From NCBI RefSeq assembly GCF_009834535.1, contig NC_045696.1, positions 99,946,001 to 100,010,000 of the forward strand: a DNA stretch of 64,000 nt, given 5' to 3'. Every line of letters starts with the position of its first letter. The stretch's first letter is position 1. A program made the translations under genes and the position numbers. Positions 40,440 to 53,001 of the stretch are shown here, in pieces. Source of the DNA: Camelus ferus (Eukaryota). The notes below the pieces were generated by a model. The model was not told the origin of the DNA. It worked only from the letters and a program-made list of their open reading frames with translations, and did not search any database.

Positions 40440-41000
40440 GGTCTGAGAAAAGGAAATCCCCAGAGCTGGGCACTGAGAGCTCACGGTGAGGCAGCCACTC
40501 CCACATTAACGACTTCAAGTCTCAGCTGGGGGCCACGTCCCAGTTCCTCACAGCCCTGAACCTCAAAACCAACGTTTTTGGAGCCTCCCCACTAGTAAGA
40601 AAGGGAGCAGGCAACGTCTCTGTGGCTCGAGCCTCACCCAGAGCGGCGGTCTGGCCTCCACGGTCTACCGCCTTCCAGCAGCAACGCGGGGCCTCAGGGG
40701 AAGAGAATCACCTCAGGCACATGGACCCCAAACTTCCGCTGGCTCAGTTCTGACTGCGCAGGACCAGGGCAGAGGCAGAGCGCGTGCGCAAGAGCACGCG
40801 CAGGGGCCAAGACGGCCGGTGGGGGCGGGGCGCGAGGCTTCACCTGGTGGGGCTGGCGGCTCAGCCGCCTCTGGCAGTGACCTCAGAAACACAGCAGGGA
40901 TCCAGCGAGGGGCCCAGCTAGCCCAGAGGTACCCCGGCCAGTCCCAGGACCTATACAAGGCCAACGTGTTTCCTGCCTGAAACCGCCTTGTAGGCTGCAC
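40440..41000 (+). promoter_or_regulatory. CpG-rich promoter and probable non-coding exon 1 of copy B
   Basis: The strongest CpG-rich stretch in the window, 3.3 kb upstream of the start exon. Contains an ETS-type ACTTCCG (40732-40738), NRF1-type GCGCGTGCGCA (40780-40790) and GC box GGGGCGGGGC (40822-40831). Candidate donors: CCAGAG|gtaccc at 40928/40929 and ACA|gtaagt at 41133/41134. Confidence 0.7.
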
Positions 41001-42449
41001 TTTGCCTAGTACATCTCTTCACAGCGCTGAGAGCAGCCCTGGATCATGAGCAGAACCTGGGCTCAGGGGAGTCTGCCAGCACTTGGGGTATTAGAAGGGA
41101 CGATTAATAGAACCTGCTAGCTGTCCCTGAACAGTAAGTATTAATGACGGCTATGGCTGGAGCCAAAACTATGCTAGACGCCCTGGAACGCCAGAAGCGG
41201 GAAGACACAGGCGGTTTATCATTGAGGATAAAACCATTAGCTCAGGAGTCCACCTGCCTGACTTGAAGCTGCCTCTACTGCTTATTATCTGTGGACTCTG
41301 AGCCGCTTTCTTCCACATGTTCCTTCCTTGATCATCTCTGAAATTGTGTAATGATCAAAAGTTAACAGGAGTTAGAGTATGATGTGTAACTTTATCAGAC
41401 AGGGTCTGTCACTGCAGAATGTACTAGATTCATTATTAATATTTGACGAAGTCCCTGCTTCTCTAAGCTGTCTGGTTCCCATATGGTTTTATTTAGGCAG
41501 TTATTCCTGGAAATTCTGGCATAGCCCCTTCCCCACAGGCAATCTGACCACCCCAGTTTAGCAATTTGAGATACAAGGTTAGCACAAGTGTCACTTGCTT
41601 AGTGTAAAGTGTCAGGCGGTTCAGGGTCCTCTTTTTCTTCTTGGAACTTTCTTAACAACAGAACTTTCTCTTAATATCACCTGGGTGAATATGACAATTT
41701 TCAGGGCTTCGAACACTGAACAAATACAAGGAAATGAAAATAAATGAAAAGGGAAGCAAGTGCATGTCTGCAGTTAGACAGAAGTGGCGTATAAAATAGC
41801 TGGGTCACATATTAGCCAGCCTTCACATCTGTAAGTAATAGCTGTTCTTTTTAACTGAAGGGACTGAAATAATACTGTACACACTGTTGAATCAACAAGC
41901 ACCAGTTAAATGTCTTGTCCTGACGAGACAGGTCATGCTCTGGCCTTTGAGAGCCTAGAGAGCAGGTAAAGACACAGGAAACCTGTAAGAACTGTCCCCT
42001 GTCCACCTCTCCATCCTCCTGTCCAATGATCTTTCTCTTTGCTCTGTAACCCACAGATCTTCATTCCCTTGAATGAACCAAGCTCCTTCCAGCTTCAGAA
42101 TTTCTACCCATACAGTTACCTTTGCCTCTAATGCCTCCCCACACCCAAACACACACCTCCATGGCCTGGTTGCTTTTAGACTTCCGGTGGCTCCCAGACC
42201 TGACTTTCTTGACAACTCTACCACCACCGCTGTCTAAAATGGTGCCTCCATCTCTCTTTCTTGTAAAACCATTATTTTTCATCATAGCACTTGGAGTATT
42301 TATAATATGGTACTTAATTTTGTTGTCCATTTTTCCCTTTGTTTTACTGCCTGGTATAAGGCCTTACCTACTTAGGATTTTGAAATGGAGAAGAGGATCT
42401 TCTTGGGAACACCAAATTTTAGTAAAGGATGTTAGAGATTTGTTGACTT

Positions 42450-43350
42450 TTTTTTCAAACATAAAATATAATATTATGTTAGTTTCTGGTGTACAACATA
42501 GTGATTTGACAATCAAATATATTAAAAAATAGTCACAATGATAAGTCTAATAATCAATATAACCGTACAAAATTACTACGGTATTACTGACTATATTCCT
42601 TATGCTGTATATTTCAGCCACTTCTTTTATACCTGGAAGTTTGTACTTCTTAATCCCTTTTACCCATTTTGCCCAACTCCACACCCCTGTCCCCTCTGGC
42701 AACTAGCAGTTTGTTCTCTGTATCTGTAAGTCTTTTCCTGTCTTGTTTTATTTGTTTATTTGTTTTATTTTTGGAGTCCACCTATAAGTGAGATCACAGC
42801 ATATTTGTCTTTCTCTGACATATTTCAGTTAGCATAAAAACCTTTAGGTCCATCTGTGTTGTTGCAAATAGCAAGATTTCATTCTTTTCATAGCTAAGTA
42901 ATATTCCTCTGTGTGTAAATGTTTGTGTGTGTATGTGTATATGTAAGTGTGTATATACACCTTCTTTAGGCATTCATCTATTGATGAACATTTAGGTTGA
43001 CTCCATATATTGGCTATTGTAAACAATGCTGCAGTGAACATAGGGGTGCATATATCTTTTTGAATTAATGCTTTTGTTATCTTTAGGTTAATACTCTGAA
43101 GTGGAATTGTTGGATCCTATGGTAGTCCTATTTTTAATTTTTTGAAATAGCCCGCATACTGGTTTCCATAATGGCTGCACTAATTTATATTCCCACCAAC
43201 AGTGTATGAGGGTTCCCTTTTCTTCACATGCTTACCACCATTTATTATCTCTTGTATTTTTGATAAAAGCCATTCTAAGAAAGATTATTTGTTTTTCTTT
43301 GATATTGAGTTGTATGAGTTCTTTGTATAATCTGAGTATTAGACACTTAT
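42450..43350 (-). mobile_element. L1 3' end in intron 1 of copy B
   Basis: ORF 42844..43041(-) MFTAALFTIANIWSQPKCSS matches the L1 ORF2 C-terminus; T-rich start. Confidence 0.9.
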
Positions 43351-44323
43351 TGGAGGAATTATTTGACTTTATTTACCATTTATGATGACAGTAGGAAGCT
43401 TTAGTAAAGGGCAGACAAGACCGGACAGGGTTTGGGAAAGGGGAGGACTGATTCATATTAATGTGTAATTCAAGAGGAATCAGTCAGGTAACAGTTTTTG
43501 TCACATGTTAATTGTAATTAACAGGCATAAGTGGGTTGGGATTTAAGGTAGAGAGATAGCAAAAATAGTGACTAGGTGGTTGTGGGAAAAACTAGAATGA
43601 GATCAAGGCTCTAGAAAACAGAAGTTCTGAGTACAATGGGCTTGTCTGTTTTCTATTAAAATAATAGTTAGATTTCAGTTACATTATCATGTTTGTTTTC
43701 TACTGAAATAACCACAAAAAGTTTCAGTTCAATTATCATGGTGTTACAGCTCCCATAACCTCTGAGCAATTTTTTTTTTTTTTGGCTAAATGAATGTATT
43801 GATATATAAAACAGGGGGTCAGGCCTTCTCAAATTTGCTGTTCAAGCTAGGTAGAATATATCCTCAGGACCTGGAATTTCCAGAGGTATTTACAGTAGTA
43901 CGACCTAATAGCTAACCTTTTTCCTCATGCTGGACCATGCCTGCAGCCCAGCCCTGAGGCTGGATGCTGGATCACATGCTCCATTGCTTTCTAACTTTGT
44001 TACCATATGCAGTCTTAAGCTCAAAATTTTTCTTCATGGCTTTCTGCCTCATTGGAGCCTCTCCCCTCAGGGTTTTAGAAATTGGTCACCATCCTGGGCT
44101 GACCAATCCCTTGTAAAATCCTATTCAGAAACACAGCAAAGGGGAAGGGTCAAGCCCAAGGGGTTTAAATGCCCAGATATGGCTATGCTAGATGAAAAAG
44201 AGGAATAGCCCATGTGTGTGTCTGTATAGCTTCAGAGTATCTTGTTTCAACTGTCATACTTGGCTTATAAATTTGTAGGCAGTGTATTAATATGAGGTCT
44301 TCTTTTTCAGAACTCTTTAAATC

Positions 44324-44336
44324 ATGGACAACCAAA
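44324..44336 (+). CDS. PLSCR2: Copy B start-codon exon 2 (whole exon 44311-44336, 26 nt)
   Basis: tctttttcag|AACTCTTTAAATCATGGACAACCAAA|gtaagt. Good Kozak context (ATCATGG). Encodes MDNQ(N), like PLSCR1 MDKQN. Confidence 0.85.
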
Positions 44337-44934
44337 GTAAGTAATTCACTTTGCTTACTTTCCACCATATAATGTTAATTCTGTTGTTAACAGATTTTTT
44401 GTTATAATGTTTTATTCAGTTTCAGAAAGGACATAATTTGCTTTGTGTTGTTTAATTCAAGAATCCAGTGTGTATTTCAGTATTGTACTATGGAGAAAAT
44501 GTAGACAAATATCCAATTCTGCCTATTTTCCCTTTAAAAAATAAAAAAAAAAAATTAGAGAAACCTAAGAAATGCTAAGTTTATTGGGAAATATATAATT
44601 TATTTCTCTATTCCATCCAGATCACTTTTCCCTTTTCTGTGGGCATTTCGTATATGCAAATGTTATTCAGATCATACTAATTAGTAAATAATAAATTTAA
44701 TATGTCAATTCATTATGTAAAATCCTCAGCTATATCCCCTGATGTAATATTCTATAATATACACAAGTATATAGGTTTAAATAAATAACAACCATTATGT
44801 TCAGGCTCTTATTCTCTCAAGAAAATTCTAAAGAAGATGGATATTGATCAAGCATGTAATAAAAGACCTTCTCTTTTTAAAATTTTATTTTAAAGAGAAA
44901 AACAATAAATATGAGAGGAAAATGTTAAGAATAA

Positions 44935-46547
44935 AATCCTGAGGAGAACAAAGTTAGAGGACTGATTCTACCCAAAATCGAGACTTACTATAGATACAGT
45001 ATCAAGACAATGTGGTGGTTGCAAAAGAACAGACAAATATAGGTCACTGGAACAGAACAGAGAGCCCATAGTTAGAAACCCAGTTTCTAACTATGTATAA
45101 ATAGTCAACTGATCTTTGGCAAAGGAACAAGGCAATACAATGGAACAAAGATAGTCTCTTCAACGAATGGTGCTAGAGTAACTGGACATCCACATAAAAA
45201 AAAAAAAAAAGAATCTACACACTGACCTTACACCTCTCACAAAAATTAACTCAAAATGCATTATAGACCTAAATGTGAAAAATGAAACTATAAAATCCCT
45301 AGAAGATAACAGAGGAGAAGATCTAGATAATTGTGGGTATAGCAATGCCTTTTAATTTATAGCACCAAAACCCAATCCATGAATGAAATGATTGATAAGC
45401 TGGACTTCATTAAAATCCAGAACTTCTGCTCTGCAAAAGATCTTATCAAGCAAATCAGAAGACAGGCCACAGACTGGGAGAAAATATTTGCAAAAGACAA
45501 ATCTGATAAAGGACTGTATGCAAAATACACAAAGTACCCTTAAACTCAGCAACAACAACAACAACAACAAAATTCCTCTTAAAAATGTCCAAAAACATAA
45601 AGGACACCTCACCAAAGAGAATGTACAGGTGGCAAATAAGGGTATGAAATCATACGTCCATACCCATGTCATATCACATGTTATCAGGGAAATGCAAATT
45701 AAAACAACAATGAGATATCACTACATTCTTACTAGTATGGCCAAAATCTGGAACAATGGTAACACCAAATGCTGGTGAGGATGTGGAGCAACAGGAAATC
45801 TCACACATTTCTGGTTGGAATGCAAAATGGTGCAGCCACTTTGTAAGACAGTTTGCAAGTTTCTTACAAAACCTAAACGTGTTCTTACCATACAATCCAG
45901 AAAACTACACTCATTGGTATTTACCCAAAGGGGTTGAAAAACCCACAAAAAATCCTGCTCTTGGATATTGATAGTGACTTTATTCAAAATTACCAAACCT
46001 TGGAAGAAAGCAAGATACACTTCAATAGATGAATGGATGTATCAACTGTGGTACATACAAATAGTGGAATATTATTCAGTGCTAAAAATGAAATGAGCTG
46101 TTAAACCACAGAAAGGCATGGAGCAATCTTAAATGTGTATTAGTCAAGTGAGAGAAGCCAATCTGAAAAGGCTATATATGATTCCAATTGTAATGACATT
46201 CTGGAAAAGGCAAAGCTATCAAGACATAAAGTTCAGTGATTGCCAGGTGTGGGTGTTGTGGGAAGGTTGAGCTGGGAGAGCACAAAAGATTTTAGGGCAC
46301 TTAAAATACTCTGATGACATTATAATGATGGATATATGTCGTTATACCTTTGCCCATAACCACAGGATGTACAGCACCAAGAGATGACCCTAATAAACTC
46401 TGGACTTTGGGTGCTTATGATGTGTCATTGTAGATTCATCCTTGGTAAAAAATGCATATGTAATAGCAGAGGGAATATGGGAAATCTGTATGCCTCCCTC
46501 TCAAATCTGTTGTAAACCTAATGGCTGTAAAAAAAAAAAAAAAAAAA
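44935..46547 (+). mobile_element. L1 (L1MB/MC-like) ORF2 3' end and 3' UTR with poly(A), in intron 2 of copy B
   Basis: ORF 45392..45778 contains [13 protein letters not shown]...TKCW; poly(A) at 46529-46547. Confidence 0.9.
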
Positions 46548-48608
46548 GAATTCAGGCTTTAAAAAAATACCTACTAAAATGAAACAAAAACATAATCCTG
46601 CTTTTTCCAAAATGATCTTTATTCTCTTTTGTATCTTTGTCAAGATAGCCAAAACATGTTTATCTTTCATGACAATGGCAGCTTTACTAGATATATTAGA
46701 TACTCCTCGAGACCAGAAACCTTACCTTTCCCTCAAGAAGATTCATGATCTTCTCTTAAAGGTTGCTCTGTTGACTTCATTTTATTTACAAAACTCAACA
46801 TTTTTAAATGTAAACTTGGGCAGTATTAAGCTACTTTATTTGCTACAAGCTCTAAGATGCTTCAAATCACTTTAAACATAGATTCATTTGGTCATAACCA
46901 CCTTTTAATTCATCACATTTATATAGATAGTTATATGTATTGGTATGTGTGTATGTGCATAAATTGAAATAAATGTATATGTGTATGTGAATATATGTAA
47001 ATAATATTAAGTTGCATTTCATAAAGGCAGGAATCTATCTGTAATTCACATGTTCTTTGGTCTACTTGACCACTCCCCTATTCACATTTACACGTTTTCC
47101 CTTTATATGAATTCTCCCTGGAACACCTGAAACCAGGATCATTGTTCTGGTACCAACACAACACCCCAGGGCTTATGAGCTCCTAATTTCTTGAATCTGT
47201 CAACTCATGGGTATGTCAAACAGTGGTGCTGGTGAAGAGGTGCCAAAACGTGACATATCATTTACAGAAGGGTCTTTAAGTCAGACTTGCAGTGCTTTTC
47301 CCTGAGATACGCTGAGTCTGATCCCGTTGTTTCCAACTCAAGTTGGGAGTGACAGCTGTGGGCAGAGCCTTGAGAGCTGGAGAACTAGGAGCTTGGCCAC
47401 TCACCTGAAGCCAAGAAGCAGATGGAAGACTTGTGATACTGCAGAGACGTGCAGTAATTCGGGGTATGCGGCAGTGTCTGTACAGGGAAAAGCCCTGACT
47501 GAAGTGGAGGATTCTCTGTTGCCTGAATTTGAACAGTGTCCCTGAACTCCATTCTGCTCAAGTTGTTATGAAGTCAACAGACTGGAGGAGAAAGGGGGTT
47601 GGGGCACAGCTCAGCCTTCCTGCTGAAACCACCTGAGCTGAAAGCCCACGATAGAGACGCACACAAGAAATACGACAGATTGAAGGTTTGGCCAACATTT
47701 TGTTCTGTATTTATGCCATGTTCAAAAAAAAATTTTTTTTTTGAATTTACACTTAGCGAGCCACAATGAAACAGAGCAAAACATGGTGTAAGTGTAGTGT
47801 CCTGTAGACCACAAGTTTCATGAAGGCAGAGCCAGCCTAGCCCCCGAGCCTAACTCACAGGTGACACAAGAGATGCTCAATATTTATTTTCTGGCTGAGG
47901 CAGCTGCTAAAGGAATGACTGGAGAAAAAAATACTAATATGAAGAACTAGGAAATTGAACCATTTGTACATATATATATTAAGATTATTTAAATGACATT
48001 GATAAGCAGATAACAAAGATTTTAGTTTATTATAATTAAGTCCATTATGATTCATAGGTCAAAATTAGTCAAATATTGGGAATGTCCCATAATTTAACCG
48101 TTTTGACATAGTTCCAGGGTAAGCATAAAAAGAATATTTAAATACTGAACTATCTGCATTATTTTAAGTAAGTTTTAAAATAATTCTTATAATAATGATT
48201 ATAGATATCTTTAAAATCAGACAAGTTTCTTCCATTACCATGCCCACCTCCAAGTAATTTCATTTATGGCTTTCTTCACGGTCTATATGTGGTTTTTAAT
48301 AGTTTTAATAGTTTTATTCTAATACCAACAAAATCAAAGTATAACAGTAAACACTCATCAGGCATATCTGATAACTAGAAATTCAGCCCCAGTAAATCAG
48401 GAGTCTCATTTTATCAAAAAGGGAATTTGTTTGAAACAGGATTCTACTGCAAAGTTACTCTGTAACAGGCACAGCTTTTGTTAAGGGAATTCACTTTATT
48501 TCAATACAGTGGAAGATCATACAAACCAAAATTATCTAGGGACAATGCATTTTTTCTAATATATACTTTATCAAAGCAGATGTATGTTTACCTCTCCTTG
48601 AATTGCAG

Positions 48609-48689
48609 ATATGCAAATGAATGCTTCTCACCCAGGAGCATATTTACCACCTGGGTATTCCCCTGAATATCCTTCAGCAGCATTCCAAG
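48609..48689 (+). CDS. PLSCR2: Copy B exon 3 (81 nt)
   Basis: ttgcag|ATATGCAAATGAATG...TTCCAAG|gtaaga; encodes (N)MQMNASHPGAYLPPGYSPEYPSAAFQ(A), homologous to human PLSCR1 SQMNASHPETNLPVGYPPQYPPTAFQ. Confidence 0.9.
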
Positions 48690-49754
48690 GTAAGACATTT
48701 GTTTTAAGAATACAAATCATAATTAATTATTGATATTCTCCAAATGGTGTGTGTGTGTCTATCTTCTGTCCCTGTGTGTATTTATCATAGAAGTGCATTT
48801 TATTGAAAGCACAGTAATGAAATTGGTAGTCTAGTTATTGATTTTTTGTTTGATACCTATTATCATAAATATCATAAAAATAATTTATTTATACAGGGTA
48901 GTAAAAATGGAGAGTTAATAAAAACAGTACTGAATTTACACTTAGCTAATGAAATGTAAAGCTGCACATAAATTAAATCCGCAAATACTCATATTAAATA
49001 AAAGATTTTATTGATTCTCTGCTTGTCTGAAAATTGTGGTCATGTAATCACAATCAGGAGATTTATCCTTGAGTGTTTTTGAGTCATTTATTATCTGAGG
49101 TTAACTGTATTCAGTGAGAGTCACAGAAAAGAGATGGGTGCTTAAACCAGGAAGCTGCAAGCAATAGAAACGTAGCTTCCTGGGATAATTCTTATTTTTA
49201 TTTTGTTAACATATGTGAAAGTTTACTGTTGTATGCATGCTGAACCATGCCTTACATTTGTAAGAAAAGTATTGAGTCATATCACTACATACTAGGGAAT
49301 CCATTATTTCTTTGAATCACTGCAGAGGCGACTTCAGAGATTTTTATTTCGACAAATGCAGTTATCAGCATTACCAGAACTTTACCAAATGGCAAAGTTC
49401 ACGGCGCACCTAGAATTGCAAGTAGGGAGGCTACCCACATCTTAAGAGACCATCCTGGGGACTTAGGATCAAAGGGCATCTGGTTTGGCCACAAGGGTGT
49501 ATGCATTTTGTATTCTACTCTGAGCAAACAAATCTGCTTGGGAGCTGAATGGCTGGTTTGTCTAGCGATAAAACTTCCAGTAGGGGCTGGATTGCATCCA
49601 GATGTTTGCAATCAAAAGTATGTCCACTAGAAAAAACGTTAAGTCTTTAAGATAGTAAATCTCAACCATGCCTTAAGTATTAAGCAGAAGCTCTTATAAC
49701 ACCAGTACCAGGGCACTCTGCCAGAAAAATTTAATCAGAAGCTCTGGTTGTGGG

Positions 49755-50187
49755 TGTCGATTGAAAAAATTGCACAACCTAAAAGTTGAGAATTATGTTT
49801 TATATGGCTGACAAAACTGAGGACTTAAACTCAGAAGACTGAGGGATGGCTCCAAAGAGGTAGAGGAGGAGCCAGGACGTACAGGATTTCTGCAACAAAA
49901 CCAGGTAGTCAGGACATCAAACGTTTACTGTTAATTAAAGAAAACCAGACATCTCAACGTAGTGAATTAAGTGCTTTCCTCTCTATGGGAAGATGCAAGA
50001 GTCTGGGCTCATTGAATTCATTCCTTTGATCTGCACCTTAGCCATCTAGGGCCAGTGTCCTGCTTTTGTCCATCCTGAATCCCCTCAGGGTGCACAGTTG
50101 GGGGTGGCTGCAGTGGCTGCTGGCTTGATGGCTGGCTGCCTGCAACATCCTTTGTTTACTGATATGGCAGGGGATATTTTTCATACA
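49755..50187. mobile_element. Solo LTR (about 430 bp, ERV1-like) inserted into a MER5-type element (about 49650-50265)
   Basis: TG...CA termini with near-TSD gtggg/gcggg. The flanks join into a MER5-like hAT MITE. Family name is uncertain. Confidence 0.65.
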
Positions 50188-51489
50188 CGCGGGATTCAGG
50201 ATTTGGTAATTTTTTAACTCCTCAGGTGATTAAAATGTGTAGCCAGGGATGAGAAATGCTGCTCTAAATTCTTATACAGTTGTTATTTAGAGAATGATTA
50301 GCAAGTCTAATATTCATCCAAGGCACTTGGAGAATGATTAAATCCACCCATAGACAATTGAAACAGGTAATACATAATTAAAATTGGTTCTAATCAAACT
50401 TGAGAGTTTGTGAGAAAAATAATTCAATTTTATTTTTCTCAAATCCAAGGTTGCATGTAGCATAGGTCTTGAGAGAAAGAATATGCTAACAATAATGTAG
50501 CTTAAACTTAAGAACTAATTGTGTTTTAGGCATTTGTCTAAGTGCTTATTGTAGATTAACTCATTTAATTCTCTGACAATCTTATGGGGTAAATTCTGTT
50601 AATTATCCTCATTATTCAAGTGGAAAAAAGGCAAAGAAGGGTTGGATTAGGCATCAAGTTCTGGCTTCTGTACCTACTAGTTGTGTGGTGGTCTTAAACA
50701 AGTTGCTGTACTTCTAAGCCTCGGTTTTCCTATCTATAAAATGGGGCTAATATTATCCAATCATTGGTTTAGAGATTAAATGAGAGTATATGTCAAATAG
50801 CAGCACAATTCAGGTATGTGTAAAATAACTAGCAAATGAGAAATGGCAACTATTTGCTATTATGTTATAATTTTTTAAACTGGGCCTTATATAAATGGAA
50901 ATATTATCCAGATTTCAGTTGATTCCATATGCCTAATCCATTGATTTGAGGAAAAAATATACCATCCTTACTTTCCAAGAGTTTGAGAAGATTACAGAAA
51001 TGCTGTTACTATTAACTCATACCTCCACATTGCCAGTGTCTTGCCTATGGTCTGGGTTTTACACTGTACCCAGTAATCTTTAACAGAACAAACCAGCTTG
51101 TATTACAGAGAGCTTTCAGTCTCTACTTTATGGCTTTCCATTACTTTTAAATTAGAAGCCAAACTGCTTAATTTTGTTACCAGGTCCCAAAAGGCTTCCT
51201 TGCCTTCTCTTCTGTTCAGGGAGACTGCGCTATTTTTCAGATTTTTAAAGGCCCTTTGTTTGTTACTATCCCAGGACTTCTTTCTGAAATGTTCTTTCTC
51301 TGGCACTGGTCCGCTCAGCTCCTTTGTGTCCATTAGATCTCAGCTGAAGGTGGTTCTCAGGGAGGCTGTCCCAACTCCCTCCCTTTCTCTCTCGCCACCC
51401 TTTGGCACATGTAGTCATAAAACGCTGGTCCTTTCCTTCAAAGTACTTGTCTCTGATTCTAGTTAATCATTTAATCATGTTAGTGTCGA

Positions 51490-52135
51490 TCTCTTTACTG
51501 TAAAGATGAGTATAAAGTTCTCTTTCCCCTTACTCAATGGGGGCAGGGATTGCATTTGCATTTCTCATCTTAAATCCCAGTGCTCGGTACTCCTGAAAAT
51601 TTTGTAAGACGTAAATCAGACCATGAAACGTACTCTTCTGCTTAGAATACTCTCAGGCCTGTCAATGACACTTGGAATAAAATCCAAACTCCATTAAGCA
51701 GCTAAAAAGATGGACTGATCCTATGTCTTTACTGACAGCTGTTTCTTTCCTTCTTCTCCCTTATAATGTCCTTAAAAATGCCAAATCCATTCCTCACATG
51801 GGAGAGTTTGCATAGTATCCTTCCTCCTGGAATATTTCTCATCAGATCTTCACACAGTTTTTCCCTCCTTATATAGTAAGGCTCAACATAAATTTTATCT
51901 AGTCAAAGAAATCGGTTCATACCTCTTATTCTCCCCCACGTATTTTCCAATCAGTTCAATATGAATTTTTTTAGAAATCTTTTTTTTTAAATTTATATTT
52001 TTGTTTCCCAGAAGTTTCCTGTAAGCTCCCTGAGAGCAGGCTGCCTTGTCCATAGCTGTATCTTCTGATTCTAGAAGAGACCCAATCACATTGTAGGTCA
52101 TCTGTAAATATTTATACATTTAAGAAGGAATGAAT
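51490..52135 (+). mobile_element. L2 fragments present only in copy B
   Basis: acttggaataaaatccaaactcc...tgtaagctccctgagagcagg...cattgtaggtcatctgtaaatattt...aggaatgaat (L2 3' end). Confidence 0.65.
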
Positions 52136-52651
52136 TATAAAACTACATTTAAAAGACATTACTACGAGGATTAGCCTCTCTTCTAAGACTTACTCTTTTT
52201 GTATAGGTAGGTGCCATTTGTCAGAATTCCGGAATTACCATTTTTTTGAAGGGTGATTTGGTCCTGGATATGTCGGCGTAATGCCTCTATTGTGGGCTTT
52301 CTACCCAATGCCGTATCTCATTATGCCATTCCAGAATCTTTATGTATGTGACTCTATTGATTTTTTTTCACTTTTTTAGGTTTCAATCATATTTTCACCT
52401 GAATTTTGAAGAGTAAATGTAAGGATGAAGACCAACTCTATACTAGCCCAAATCCTCAAAATAGAAGTGGATATGAAACCACAGACATTTTATTGAAAAA
52501 CTGCTGAATGATAAAAACAAACCTTAAGCTACGTTGAAACAAGATTTCTGAGCAAAAATTGTAGTTTATAGATAACTGGGATAATTCTAAAAAAGTTGAT
52601 ATTTTCACTTTTCTGTGCAGTTATAAATAATTTCACTTGTTCATATTTCAG

Positions 52652-53001
52652 CATCTCCAGGACATATTGGCTACCCTACTCCCCATACTGACAATTCTGA
52701 AACCCAGGATGAAAATCCTGTCCCCCAGAATGACTATCCTAAAACCAAGGCTGAAAATCCTTGCTCTAAGGCTGGCAATTCCAAAACCCAGGCTGAATAT
52801 CCTGGCCCCAAGGCTGGCTACACTGGCACCCAGACTGACTACCTAGTCCTACCAGCTGGCTATTCAGGGTCTTGCCCAGTTGGCTCTCCCATCCAATACC
52901 AGCCAGTGCCTCTTCGGCCAGGTGTGCCTGCAGGACTGCCCTGGATTCCAGCACTACCACCTTCACCAGACTGTCCACCAGGATTGGAATATTTAAACCA
53001 G
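52652..53001 (+). CDS. PLSCR2: Copy B exon 4 (350 nt) with expanded heptad repeat
   Basis: tttcag|CATCTCCAGG...AACCAG|gtaact; open frame encoding (A)SPGHIGYPTPHTDNSETQDENPVPQNDYPKTKAENPCSKAGNSKTQAEYPGPKAGYTGTQTDYLVLPAGYSGSCPVGSPIQYQPVPLRPGVPAGLPWIPALPPSPDCPPGLEYLNQ. Confidence 0.92.
52669..52878 (+). repeat. Coding 21-bp tandem repeat in copy B (10 units, 42-bp higher-order periodicity)
   Basis: Units: GYPTPHT DNSETQD ENPVPQN DYPKTKA ENPCSKA GNSKTQA EYPGPKA GYTGTQT DYLVLPA GYSGSCP. The exon is exactly 84 nt (4 x 21) longer than in copy A. Confidence 0.88.

Noticed and set aside
40713..41000. 95-aa minus-strand ORF in the CpG-rich region
   Set aside because: GC-rich promoter DNA is stop-poor, and the peptide has no recognisable homology.
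52669..52878. Periodic repeats as a CRISPR-like array
   Set aside because: These are contiguous in-frame coding units without unique spacers, in a mammalian exon, with no cas genes.
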